Positions 29,978 through 39,896 of a stretch of 64,000 nt of DNA are shown in pieces. Position 1 is the first letter of the stretch. Each line of letters starts with the position of its first letter. Location: positions 34,704 through 98,703 of the forward strand of contig JAWOCD010000016.1 of assembly GCA_046483985.1 (NCBI GenBank), given 5' to 3'. Below the pieces are notes generated by a model. It had not been told where the DNA came from. It ran no database searches and worked only from the letters and a program-made list of their open reading frames with translations. This DNA is from Promethearchaeia archaeon. GTDB taxonomy: Archaea > Asgardarchaeota > Lokiarchaeia > Sigyniarchaeales > SOKP01. The translations under genes were made by a program, and so were the position numbers.

Positions 29978-31213
29978 ATGTCGCAAATTAAACCGCTCGT
30001 TCTCCAAGCTAAAGCGTTCGTGAAAATGATAAACTGGATGGGGAAATTCGCTAATTTCACTACCATCCCGCAAAGTAATTGGGTTGAGGCAATGGGAATA
30101 ATTTTTTGCCGAGATACACCAGATAAATATATCATTGTGGATGCTGAAGGGATTACCTCTGGTGATCTCGTTTATGTTGAGACTAGCCCGCAGCAAGTAG
30201 CAAAGATCACGCAAATAGAGGCAAAACTCCAAAAGAAAGACGCGGGAATTTATGCAGGCGGCTGGTTTCATTCTCACCCTGGCCATGGCATATTCTATTC
30301 TGGCACAGATTTATCCAATCAAGCTTACTGGCAGACGGGAAATCCAAACGGGGTCGGGTTAGTGTTTGATTTAACGAAAGTAACGGAGAATTTCATCGGG
30401 TTTAAATTTTTTCGATTGGATGCTCCCCAAGCCCAAACCTATCATGAGGTTGATTATGAACTCCATGGATTTACCGAAGAGACTCTTATGAAAGCATACA
30501 AACCGATTGGTATTGATGTCAAAACGATCCACCGGTTAGCGAAAAATCTGGGATTAAAATCAAAGGAAGGCATAGTGGAATTCGAAAAAATTAAACTACC
30601 AGAGACAGATAATCCACTCGAAGCTGGGAAAGAAGCGGCTCAGAAAGCGAAAGAAGCCTACTTAGAAGGAAATATTCCCAATGCCCTAAAAAATTACCGC
30701 CTTGCAAACATGTTCCTTAAGAAGACGGCTGAGGGAGATTTATATCTCGACTGCACTATTTCTTTGGCGGAATTATGTATCCATTATGATTATCCCGAAA
30801 CCGTTCATAAACTCATAAAGGAGATTATCTTATTTGCAAAAAAAATGGATATTAGCCCAGATTACTATGTAGGTAAAACGGACATTCTTAAAGGCTACTT
30901 TAATGAATTAAAGGGCAATATAGAGAAAGCGCAGACCCAATATCAAAAAGCATATGAGACATTCAAATCAAAAAAGATGTTTTATGAAGCGTTTCAAGGT
31001 GCCGAATTAGTGGGTGGCACATCTTGGAAACTAAACAAGCCAAATGAGGCCCTTCCACTTTTTAAGGATGCCCTTTATAATCTTACTATGGCGGAGAAGA
31101 AAGATAAAGAAAAACACGAGCCAATTATCTGGAAAACGATCAGGAAGCGGGTATCTTCAAAAATTAAAGATGTTGAACAAGAGCTCGGCGAACAAGGAAT
31201 TGAAAAAGTTTAA
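29978..31213 (+). CDS. MPN+/JAMM metalloprotease domain fused to TPR/SNAP-like helical repeats
   Basis: EAMG..., GWFHSHPGHGIFYSGTD (complete E-HxH-x7-S-x2-D); helical repeats after about residue 210. Confidence 0.85.
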   Translation: MSQIKPLVLQAKAFVKMINWMGKFANFTTIPQSNWVEAMGIIFCRDTPDKYIIVDAEGITSGDLVYVETSPQQVAKITQIEAKLQKKDAGIYAGGWFHSHPGHGIFYSGTDLSNQAYWQTGNPNGVGLVFDLTKVTENFIGFKFFRLDAPQAQTYHEVDYELHGFTEETLMKAYKPIGIDVKTIHRLAKNLGLKSKEGIVEFEKIKLPETDNPLEAGKEAAQKAKEAYLEGNIPNALKNYRLANMFLKKTAEGDLYLDCTISLAELCIHYDYPETVHKLIKEIILFAKKMDISPDYYVGKTDILKGYFNELKGNIEKAQTQYQKAYETFKSKKMFYEAFQGAELVGGTSWKLNKPNEALPLFKDALYNLTMAEKKDKEKHEPIIWKTIRKRVSSKIKDVEQELGEQGIEKV

Positions 31214-31361
31214 ACTTGTAAAGTTCAATCATCATTTTGGACCATATTCGCATTATCTCTCTAGTTCAATTTTTGAGTGATTAGGAGTTTGTCAAACATA
31301 GCCTCTGTGTAGTCTCCACTTTCCTTGTTTTTTTTCTTTAGCATGATACTCTTTCATTTAA

Positions 31362-31403
31362 CGATCGTAGGAATCCCCGTCCTTTAGGGCGGGGAGACTT
31401 CAA
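31362..31403 (+). mobile_element. Minimal IS200/IS605 derivative (left-end tip fused to right end)
   Basis: TTTAA|CGATC (left-end start, as at 2363 and 29604) runs directly into GTAGGAATCCCCGTCCTTTAGGGCGGGGAGACTTCAA. Confidence 0.7.
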
Positions 31404-31586
31404 TTCCAGTACATTATATCTCACTTAAATTATATTCTTCTTTCCGAAACGTTGAGATTAAAAAGCAATGCCGGGATTTTTTAGTTGGATTTTTACTCTC
31501 CCTTAAGATCATGATATTTATAGTCTTTTGCATAAGTTTTTTTACATTTCATAGTTCTGGTTTTTCTAATTTACAAATTTATAATA

Positions 31587-31620
31587 ATATGATTAAAAAT
31601 TATTATAGCAAAAGACTATA
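31587..31620 (+). repeat. 34-bp dispersed direct repeat, copy 2
   Basis: Matches 29493-29526. Confidence 0.8.
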
Positions 31621-31852
31621 TGTTAGGGCTTCTTAATATTTCGTTAGGATATTTATTTATTTATTTATTTATTGCGGTATTGGAACATTCAAATAAGGAA
31701 GTATATGGAGGCATATTTCGTGGGAAAACTTATGGTATATTTATCACTTATTCTTCTACTAAAAAAATTTATAATAGATTTTTGATTTTAATAGTTATCT
31801 TATTTATTTAAATACAAAACCGTGTTAAGAATAAATAAGAGAATGCAACGGT

Positions 31853-32046
31853 GCCAAGGTGGCGTAGCCCGGAGTATTCTGGATTAACCCAAATATGGGT
31901 AAGAACGCACCAGTATATCTTGGATTTCTAAGATATGGTGAGACTGAAGATCTGGGTATCGAGAAAGCCATTTCATTTCGATTGGTTTCGAAAAGGTTCA
32001 AATAATAAGTGCTTTTCGCACTTGCTTGGACGTCCCTCCCTTGGCA
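31853..32046 (+). tRNA. tRNA-Phe(GAA) with four introns (31873-31902, 31914-31942, 31964-31994, 32003-32032)
   Basis: Removing four BHB-bounded inserts gives the 74-nt cloverleaf GCCAAGG TG GCGT AGCCCGGGA ACGC A CCAGA CTGAAGA TCTGG GTATC GAGGG TTCAAAT CCCTC CCTTGGC A. Confidence 0.9.
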
Positions 32047-32169
32047 CTTATTTAAATTTTATTTATGATTTTTTCTGACTGTTTTTTGTTTAAGAAAATT
32101 TTTTCCTTCTTTTTTTTTCTTGTATTTTAATCCTTAATCTCCTTAATTTGAAAGAGGTCCTTGTTTTGA

Positions 32170-32691
32170 TTAAAGATTTTCTGGATCAAAGGGGATATTC
32201 ATATGGGTAGGCGTGAGCTCAAATTCCACGGTGATTGTAGGTATTGTATCTAGATCTATTGTGAGTTCATGCTCCCCTTCCGTAAGTTGTTCGATATATT
32301 TCATCTCTAATTTTAACACAACGGTTAATGCATCCCCCAATCCTAACACTCGACCTCCAGCTTTTCCGGAAAGAAAATCATCCAATCTAAATGCATCTCC
32401 TTGATGATAGATGGTAAGATTATCCCGAACAAAATTGGTATCCACGTTTTTTCTCGAAATATCGATTGGTTCTCCATCCAAGAGAATTTCACCCCACTCA
32501 GATAAATCAAATTCATTGATATCGAAACTCCCTAGATCTATATTTTCAGGGATGGTGAACGGTTGGAATTTGTTAATGGCTTTTAGCTGAATGGCATCTG
32601 GAGAGCCATCACTGTTGGTATCTATGGTAGACACTGCTTTCTTAGGGGGGAAAATCTTTTTAATTAAAAAGGGCGGAATTTTAAAAGGCAA
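32170..32691 (-). CDS. Hypothetical protein
   Basis: 173-aa acidic ORF with TTG start. Confidence 0.65.
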   Translation of the reverse strand: MPFKIPPFLIKKIFPPKKAVSTIDTNSDGSPDAIQLKAINKFQPFTIPENIDLGSFDINEFDLSEWGEILLDGEPIDISRKNVDTNFVRDNLTIYHQGDAFRLDDFLSGKAGGRVLGLGDALTVVLKLEMKYIEQLTEGEHELTIDLDTIPTITVEFELTPTHMNIPFDPENL

Positions 32692-32783
32692 TTATTATCA
32701 CGTGTTTTCAGTTTATTTCTTTAATCTATATATATGGTTTATCTATTTGAATAAATAATTTGAGTTAATACAATAAAAACTTA

Positions 32784-33815
32784 TCATTTTGTTATTTCAG
32801 AGAGTTGGACGGGTCGATTCTCTTCAAATGATCTTTGAGCGGCTTTTGCCACCACCACATTTTGTAACCCATCCCATCCATCGGGTTTTGGATCTTTATC
32901 TTCAAGGATGCAATCGATGAATGACTGTATTTCCGTAGCATACGAGCCCATATATCGTTCGAGAAAGAAATATGGAATTTTATCTTTTTTGGTCTTTTCG
33001 GCAGTATATACTTCAACCGTATTTGGTGTATCATTATCCGCCCGTGCACATCCTTTTGAACCGAACACTTCTGCTCTTTGATCATATCCATAGACTGCTT
33101 GGCGAGAATTATCGATAATTCCCAATGCTCCATTTTTAAACTTGAGGGTTGCCACAGCGGTGTCGATATCCCCTTCTCTTCCAATTTCTGGATCAATTAA
33201 TACTGCACCATTGGCATAAACCTCCTCTACCTCACTTTCTGCCAGAAATCGAGCCATATCCCAATCATGGATAGTCATATCTAAAAAGATTCCACCCGAT
33301 CCTTTAATATAATCTATTGGGGGGGGTTCTGGATCCCGAGCAGTAATTTTTATGATATGCGGCTTGCCTATAGTACCCGAGATGACCGCTTTATGGAGAC
33401 GCGCAAAATTATGATCGAACCGACGGTTAAAGCCTACCATGAACTTTACATCCTCTTCCTCGATGATATCCAAAGTTTCCTTTATTCGTTCTATATTAGT
33501 GTCAATAGGTTTTTCACAGAATACTTGCTTCTTTGCTTTAGCCGCTTTTTGGATAAATTCTGCGTGGGTATCCGTAGAAGATGCAATAAGAATTGCGTCT
33601 ATCTCTGGATCGTCAAAAATCAGATGCGGATCATCCACTAATTTCGGTACCCCCATTTCGGTACACCAATGCTTTAACTCATCCGTGATCATTACATCTG
33701 CGACTACTTCAAGTTGAGCATTTTTGACTTCTTTCAATAAGTTTTCAATATGCACGCGCCCGATTCGGCCCGCCCCAATGATGCCTACACTAATCTCTTT
33801 TGACAACCTTATCAA
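32784..33815 (-). CDS. iolG: myo-inositol 2-dehydrogenase
   Basis: GAGRIG, FCEKP, GFNRRFD, RDPEPP, SGGIFLDMTIHD, YGYDQRAE. Confidence 0.9.
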   Translation of the reverse strand: MIRLSKEISVGIIGAGRIGRVHIENLLKEVKNAQLEVVADVMITDELKHWCTEMGVPKLVDDPHLIFDDPEIDAILIASSTDTHAEFIQKAAKAKKQVFCEKPIDTNIERIKETLDIIEEEDVKFMVGFNRRFDHNFARLHKAVISGTIGKPHIIKITARDPEPPPIDYIKGSGGIFLDMTIHDWDMARFLAESEVEEVYANGAVLIDPEIGREGDIDTAVATLKFKNGALGIIDNSRQAVYGYDQRAEVFGSKGCARADNDTPNTVEVYTAEKTKKDKIPYFFLERYMGSYATEIQSFIDCILEDKDPKPDGWDGLQNVVVAKAAQRSFEENRPVQLSEITK

Positions 33816-33914
33816 CTATATGTTTTTATTCTATTTTATGTTGATCTATATAACATTATTTTGTTTAATTTATTATTTTATGTATAAAATTGTTTCTTGT
33901 AAAGTGATTGAAAA

Positions 33915-35096
33915 ATGAAAGTAGTAGAATTAGATGCAGAATGGGCTCCGAAGCCGAGTTATACACTCGGTTCGAAGGACATTGAGGGCGAACTCACCTA
34001 TTTGGGTTCCAAGGTGTGGAAAGATCCGAAGATTCGGGTCACGGAAAAGGAAAAACCGACCATTAACGACGATGAGGTATTAATTAATGTCAAGCGGTGC
34101 GGTATCTGTGGCTCGGATGTTCATATGGCTCAGACCTACGAAGATGGCTTTATTTATTATCCTGGATTGACAGCGTTTCCAGCAGTTCTTGGTCATGAAT
34201 TTGCGGGAGAGATCGTGGAAGTGGGAGAAAATGCGATAAATAAAAGAACCAGAAAGAAATATGAGGTTGGGGAACCAGTTACTGTGGAAGAAATGGTATG
34301 GTGCGGAGAATGCAGACCGTGTTGTGATGGATATCCAAATCACTGTGAATCCCTTCAAGAAATTGGCTTTTCAATCGATGGTGCCTACGCTGAATATATT
34401 GCGGTGCCAGCAAAACTCTGCTGGAGCTTAAAAAAGTTGGAGGGAGAGTACGGTGATATTTTTAAAGCCGGAAGTCTGGTTGAGCCGACCTCTGTTGCCT
34501 ATAATGCCGTAATTGAGCGGGGCGGCGGGATTCGACCTGGTGAGAATGTAGTGATATTAGGTGCCGGTCCTATTGGGATCGCAGCGACTCGAATCCTAAA
34601 ATTTGCTGGAGCCGCAAATTGTATCGTTTCAGAACCCAATGAACATCGCGCAAAACTGGTCAAACAGATGGGTGCAGACTATATCATCAATCCCGAAGAA
34701 GAGGATTTTGTGGAGAAAGTGAAAGAATATACTGGAGATGAAGGAGCAGCTCTCTATCTCGAAGCGACTGGTCTTCCCCACATTGTGATTGAGGATATTC
34801 AAAATGCCATATGGGAGTGTAGTGCAGTTAATAGTACGATAGTCGTTGTGGCGCGTGCAGAACAAGATATGGAGATCACTGGAGAATATCTTCAGGTCAG
34901 ACGGGCACGTATTATTGGGGCGCAAGGTCACAGCGGACATGGGACTTTCCCGAATGTGATTAGTTGCATGGCAGCGGGCATGGATATGACCCCCATGATT
35001 ACGAAAGAAATAAGTTTAGACGATGTTCCCGAAAATCTGAAATTACTGCAAACAGACCGAAAAAATTGTAAAATTTCTGCGGTTATCGATCAATAA
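33915..35096 (+). CDS. iolM: scyllo-inosose 3-dehydrogenase-like Zn-dependent dehydrogenase
   Basis: CGICGSD, YPGLT.FP..LGHE, CGECRPC..G..NHC, GAQGHSGHGTFP; next to iolG. Confidence 0.8.
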   Translation: MKVVELDAEWAPKPSYTLGSKDIEGELTYLGSKVWKDPKIRVTEKEKPTINDDEVLINVKRCGICGSDVHMAQTYEDGFIYYPGLTAFPAVLGHEFAGEIVEVGENAINKRTRKKYEVGEPVTVEEMVWCGECRPCCDGYPNHCESLQEIGFSIDGAYAEYIAVPAKLCWSLKKLEGEYGDIFKAGSLVEPTSVAYNAVIERGGGIRPGENVVILGAGPIGIAATRILKFAGAANCIVSEPNEHRAKLVKQMGADYIINPEEEDFVEKVKEYTGDEGAALYLEATGLPHIVIEDIQNAIWECSAVNSTIVVVARAEQDMEITGEYLQVRRARIIGAQGHSGHGTFPNVISCMAAGMDMTPMITKEISLDDVPENLKLLQTDRKNCKISAVIDQ

Positions 35097-35365
35097 TTTT
35101 TGGTTTTTTTTCTTTTTTTTGAAAAATTTTAATTTTTATAGCGATCTTAGCCTTTTTTGAGTTGTTGACTAAGCGTTCTATGCCCAATTTTAGGAAATAG
35201 AGATATAAACTTATCAATTATGATCTATCTTCCTTTAAAAATCAACTAGATTTAAACGAAAGATTTAAATATGTTTTTTTACTTAATCAATATGAAGTTT
35301 GTAAAGTCAATCTTTACAAACCAAAAATTAAGTAAAGTTAAAAAAATAAATTGGAGGTTAGTATT

Positions 35366-35881
35366 ATGTCAGAGGAAGAAAAAGAATCTGAAGAACAAAA
35401 GTCGCGAGAAATTGCCGTACGAAGGGAAAACCCATTTTCTCTCTTTCAAGAAATGGATAAATTATTTGATGAATTATCCCGGAACTTTTTTGATTTTCCG
35501 AGGAGAAGAAGGTCGTTTGATCTCGGCATACCCGAAGAAGGCCCTATCTTTAGGACACCATTATCAAATATAACGGAAACAGAAGATAACTTTGAAATCT
35601 CCGCAGAATTACCGGGACTTGATAGGGAAGACATTGAAGTCACCATCCACGACGGAAATTTGGAAATTAAAGGCGAAACAAAGGAAGAAGAGAAGGAAGA
35701 AGAGGAAGGAGAAGTCGTCCGAAGAGAATACAGGAGCTCCAGTTATTACCGGGCGTTTAGCTTACCGGAAAATATTGAAGAGGATGACATCGATGCTCAC
35801 CTAGAAAAGGGAGTGCTTAAAGTTTCCATTCCGAAGGCGGAACTTCCTGAGAAAGAGAAAAAGAAGATTGAGGTCAAATAG
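35366..35881 (+). CDS. Small heat-shock protein (Hsp20)
   Basis: AELPG, RAFSLPENI, A.LEKGVLKVSIPK; GGAGG ribosome-binding site before ATG 35366. Confidence 0.93.
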   Translation: MSEEEKESEEQKSREIAVRRENPFSLFQEMDKLFDELSRNFFDFPRRRRSFDLGIPEEGPIFRTPLSNITETEDNFEISAELPGLDREDIEVTIHDGNLEIKGETKEEEKEEEEGEVVRREYRSSSYYRAFSLPENIEEDDIDAHLEKGVLKVSIPKAELPEKEKKKIEVK

Positions 35882-36021
35882 TGACCTTTTATCTCCAATC
35901 TAATTTCCAATTTTTTTCCTTTTTTTTTCCCAAGATTTATTCTAATATGAGATAAACTTAAATAGAATCAAAGTTGATTGACATTAATTTTATCGGGAGT
36001 TAAGCGAGGTGAATGATAAAA

Positions 36022-36328
36022 ATGATGGCATTTATACAAGAATTTAATGTTTCGTTACTTTTTATTGCCATCCTCGGTCGGTGTTACTCAGTTCTCCGAA
36101 TGCATTCTTTCAGCTTTGGCATTTCTGATCTACTTTATTTTGAATGATTACGTAAAAATTATCTTTACTATCCAAATGGCGGTGATTATGGTAATTTCAG
36201 GTGCCTTTGCGGCTCCTCTTGGTGCTTTGGTGCCAAAAAAATTGAAAGAATCGACGGCGAGAAAAATAGTGGGGATATCTTTGATGACTTTAGGGGTCAT
36301 TACCCTATTACGCATATTGTTCCTATAA
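36022..36328 (+). pseudogene. TauE/SafE-like permease pseudogene with internal deletion
   Basis: RBS and MMAFIQEFNVSLLFIAILG join out of frame to SVGVTQFSE...GAFAAPLGA...ARKIVG. Confidence 0.55.
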
Positions 36329-36482
36329 CATATAACTCATTTTTTCTTATTCGTTAATTGCTAAGTCTGCGTGAGAATCTTTTTGGAAGTAATCATTACT
36401 CCTTTATCTTTATTCTATAAAAGTATTTCTTCATTTTGAATATAAAATTTGATCATTCAAAAAACTTTTTTTATCCCTCGTT

Positions 36483-37304
36483 CTACTCACGTATCCCAAT
36501 CTTTTTGAGATGTTCGACCGTCTGCTGGGCCACGTCTTTGAAGGATGGTTTCATAATAGTCTCCACTGAGATATACCCTTCAAATTGGGCGTTTTTGAAA
36601 ATCTTCAGAAATCTTTTGAAATTGAAACATCCAGTACCTGGCGCCCGTCGGTTGGTATCCGCAAGATGGATATGTCCAACGGAATCCGAATTCTCGTTTA
36701 AATAATCCCATACAGTCTCTGGATTTTCTTCCAAATTGGTATGGTAAGTATCGACAAGCAGTTTGATATTGTTGTTATTTATCTCGTTAATCAAAGCAAG
36801 GGAATCTTCAAAGGTGTTAAAGGAATCAATTTCAAACTGATTGATGGGCTCAAATAACAAGGTCACTCCAAATTCTTCTGCAATCTCAGAACATTTCCGA
36901 AGAGAATTTTTGATATTTTTCCGTTCTATGGCGGGGTCACTTTCATAGGAATATCTGCCTCGAATTAGCCCGATGACCACGTTTGAATCCGTCTGAGCAC
37001 CAAATTCACAGAATTTTCTGATCCGATTCAACGCTTTTTTCCGCATTTTCTGTTCATGATGCCCCAGTGAATATCCGAACCGAATAAAGGTTCCACCAGT
37101 TCCCAATGCAGAGATGTCTAATCCATATGATGACCTTATCTCATTAATTGAATCCACGGGGACTTTTTCGGGCTCTAATAAACCCAATTCCACCGCATCA
37201 TACCCTAATGAGTCGAGGAGGGTGCAAATATCTTGAAATTTCTCTTCTACTTTTTCTGTTTGGAGGGTCGATTCATTAAGACCCGAAACAATGCTTAATT
37301 TCAT
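36483..37304 (-). CDS. iolO: Sugar phosphate isomerase/epimerase (5-keto-L-gluconate epimerase IolO-like)
   Basis: ALGTG, IGLIRG, FEPIN..E, DTYH.N.EE, HIHLADTNRRAPGTG, SVE; iol gene context. Confidence 0.75.
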   Translation of the reverse strand: MKLSIVSGLNESTLQTEKVEEKFQDICTLLDSLGYDAVELGLLEPEKVPVDSINEIRSSYGLDISALGTGGTFIRFGYSLGHHEQKMRKKALNRIRKFCEFGAQTDSNVVIGLIRGRYSYESDPAIERKNIKNSLRKCSEIAEEFGVTLLFEPINQFEIDSFNTFEDSLALINEINNNNIKLLVDTYHTNLEENPETVWDYLNENSDSVGHIHLADTNRRAPGTGCFNFKRFLKIFKNAQFEGYISVETIMKPSFKDVAQQTVEHLKKIGIRE

Positions 37305-37406
37305 ACTTTAAATGAAGAATAAATCGAAATTAAAGTTTTATCTTAGGATTCAATATTCTATAGTATACTATTTTAATTTTTTATGACAAAAAAGAGATGA
37401 GGATAA

Positions 37407-38372
37407 ATGACTGATTGGAAACTTCCTCCAGAAGGAGGACATATGGATTTAGCAGATGGTCTTTATCTGCAAAATATGAGTATAAAACAAATAAAAGAAC
37501 GTGTGGAAGAGAATGATGTAATTATTATCCCTATAGGCTCTACGGAAAACCATGGTCCTGCTGCGTGTATCGGCGAAGATACGTTTTTAGTCACCCGTAT
37601 GGCGGAGAAAGTTGCAAAACAAACGGGCTGTACAATAGCACAACCGATATGGTATGGAAGTCATCCTTACCATCACGTGGGGATGCCAGGCTCCATTATT
37701 GTCCCCGAAGATATCTTTAAGGGGCAAATACGTGCGGTAATCGCGGGATTATGGAATATTGGCTTTCGAAAGCAAATTCTTTTGAATGGGCACGGACAAG
37801 AGTATGTTATTCCTTCGGCTATTCACGAATGGGCTAAAAATTATCAATTACCTGCAGTGTTATGCAACTTTAATTGGTATCATGCAATCCCCGAGCTATG
37901 TAAAGATCAAGAGCATGGTGGACCTTTCGAAACACCCTTTATTCATGCCGATGAAGCTGAAACCTCCTTTTCTATGACATTATTCCCGGAGATGGTAAAT
38001 TTAGAAGATGCGGTAGATAACGAACCAGTAGGTTGGATGCCAGAAGGACATGCAGATAAGGCGGGAAATGTATATCAGCAACCTATTCGATGGTACGGGC
38101 AAGTTGGATTCGGTCCAATAGAAGTGGCCGCTTATCCCGAAGGCAATGTAGGAAGTCCAAGTAAGGCCACCCTTGACAAAGGAAAGCCCGGGATTGAAGC
38201 CGTCCTCGATTATTTGGAAAAATTGGTAAATGATATTTTAAAAACATTTCCACCAGGAAAACTCCCTCCGATTGAGAAGATTACTCAGAGAGATCCCGAA
38301 GAGGTTAAAGAGTATCTTAAAGGACCGCTTAACGGAGGAAAAAGTATCTACGAGCTGCGTTATCCCCCATAA
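37407..38372 (+). CDS. iolN: Creatininase-family hydrolase (3-dehydro-scyllo-inosose hydrolase IolN-like)
   Basis: PIGSTENHG, GED, WYGSHPYHH, NGHGQE, HADEAETS; iol gene context. Confidence 0.78.
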   Translation: MTDWKLPPEGGHMDLADGLYLQNMSIKQIKERVEENDVIIIPIGSTENHGPAACIGEDTFLVTRMAEKVAKQTGCTIAQPIWYGSHPYHHVGMPGSIIVPEDIFKGQIRAVIAGLWNIGFRKQILLNGHGQEYVIPSAIHEWAKNYQLPAVLCNFNWYHAIPELCKDQEHGGPFETPFIHADEAETSFSMTLFPEMVNLEDAVDNEPVGWMPEGHADKAGNVYQQPIRWYGQVGFGPIEVAAYPEGNVGSPSKATLDKGKPGIEAVLDYLEKLVNDILKTFPPGKLPPIEKITQRDPEEVKEYLKGPLNGGKSIYELRYPP

Positions 38373-38461
38373 AGGCACTTAAATTTCATTAATTTAATAT
38401 CTTTTTCTTTTTATTTCTATCAAAATATTTTATTTATTTTATTAAAAAGGAAAAAATAGAT

Positions 38462-38950
38462 TTAATCAATACTGGCGCCGCAAAATTCGCAGAACTTGGC
38501 ATCTTGTTTCTTTAGTAGTGTTCCACAGCGGGGACAATATTTTGGTTGCGATTCTTCAATTTTTACTTCTTCCTTCTTTGGTTCTTTTTTCAATTTTCCT
38601 GTCTTACTTGAAAATTTTCCTTTCAATTCTCCGTTCGCTTTTAAATCGAAAATTGCTGCATGCACGTCCTTTTTAGATATGCCTGTCTTGGTGCTTACTT
38701 CTTTAATGGATGCGTTGGGATCTTCCTCAAACTCAGTTTTCACAATATTGCGGATCTTACTTTTATTTGTCAAGGCACGTATTTGCCCCGTTAAGATCGC
38801 AATACCTATACTCAGCCAGAGAAACCCAATCCAGTTGAAGCCGTAAAGACCTTCCCTTAATGTACTAATTCCCCAAAACATAAAAGCACCGGCGATAATT
38901 AATCCACATATATTGAAACCTTCACTATATTGGTTCTTTTCATATTTCAT
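38462..38950 (-). CDS. Membrane protein with HTH-like middle and C-terminal zinc ribbon
   Basis: Two TM segments; CPRCG...FCEFCG. Confidence 0.8.
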   Translation of the reverse strand: MKYEKNQYSEGFNICGLIIAGAFMFWGISTLREGLYGFNWIGFLWLSIGIAILTGQIRALTNKSKIRNIVKTEFEEDPNASIKEVSTKTGISKKDVHAAIFDLKANGELKGKFSSKTGKLKKEPKKEEVKIEESQPKYCPRCGTLLKKQDAKFCEFCGASID

Positions 38951-39048
38951 TTGTTATTATCATCATCTCATAGATTCAATCTTATTATTATTAAAAAATA
39001 CTTAGTTTAAATTTGTTTTATAGTCCAATTTTCCCTTACGAAAAATTA

Positions 39049-39094
39049 CATTAGGGAGCACGAATCCACCGCCCTTTAGGGCGTGGTAGTTCAA
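39049..39094 (+). mobile_element. IS200/IS605 right-end remnant
   Basis: CGAATCCACCGCCCTTTAGGGCGTGGTAGTTCAA. Confidence 0.75.
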
Positions 39095-39113
39095 GTGAAT
39101 ACCAAGTGCATAA

Positions 39114-39476
39114 TTATGGAGGATTAGTGGATTTGTTTATAATGCGAAACACTTGTTTCATTTCTACTTGGTCGGTGGTGAGAAGAATAATAATATTTTT
39201 AAGTATTTTGACGGAAATGATATAATAATCATCGGAATGGATTAAATTAAAATCAGGATTATGTAGTCCAACTGAATCCGTTATCTCCTCGGCAAGTTCA
39301 TAAAGTTGTGAAACATTAAGGGATATGGCAGCTTTGTTGAACTCGTCCTCATTGATATAGGATTTTTTTACGACGCCATTCTCTGAACTAATTAAGCAGA
39401 AAAAAATCTTTCCTTCTAATTCATTTACTAGGTTGCTTAACAAGTCGCCGAGATTCAAATCAAGATCTGTAACCAT
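39114..39476 (-). CDS. Roadblock/profilin-like small protein
   Basis: Helix followed by CLISSENGVV strand pattern; 120 aa; fold call is an inference. Confidence 0.6.
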   Translation of the reverse strand: MVTDLDLNLGDLLSNLVNELEGKIFFCLISSENGVVKKSYINEDEFNKAAISLNVSQLYELAEEITDSVGLHNPDFNLIHSDDYYIISVKILKNIIILLTTDQVEMKQVFRIINKSTNPP

Positions 39477-39649
39477 TATTTTAATGATAAAAGTTCTATA
39501 AATATATAATTTTAGTATTTGATCTTTAATTTTTTTAATATGTAATTTTCCGAAATGAAATGTGAAACTTCTGCTTTAAAAAAGAGGATTGAAAAATACA
39601 AGCCATATAGAATTTAAAAGAAATGGAACAATCAGTAAGATGAGTAAGA

Positions 39650-39755
39650 TGGTGGCCTTGGGAGGATTTCCGCGAGAACACGAGAGGTGTCCTTTTTTCG
39701 AACCCCCGATAGCCCAGTCCGAAGCCGGGTGCCTTATCCACTAGACTACAAGGCC
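39650..39755 (-). tRNA. tRNA-Arg(TCG) with a 30-nt intron at 59/60 (39667-39696); CCA encoded
   Basis: GGCCTTG/CAAGGCC acceptor; CCCGG-CTTCGGA-CTGGG; BHB helix TTCG/CGGA. Confidence 0.92.
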
Positions 39756-39896
39756 AAAAGTATTTATTTATGTATATTATATATCAGATTAATAACAACT
39801 TTTATTAAAATTAAATATTGAAATAAAAGTTCTATGGTATAATCTATTAAGGATTTCTAAAAAAATTTTTTAAAATTAAATTTCTATTATTATATA

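Noticed and set aside
29604-31403. JAMM-TPR gene as cargo of one composite IS200/IS605 element
   Set aside because: The right-hand end at 31362 begins with its own TTTAA|CGATC left-end tip, so two independent insertions are the simpler reading.
31873-31902. Two separate D-loop introns in tRNA-Phe (five in total)
   Set aside because: A single 30-nt intron gives a proper GCCC/GGGT BHB and a canonical D-loop; the two-intron parse does not.
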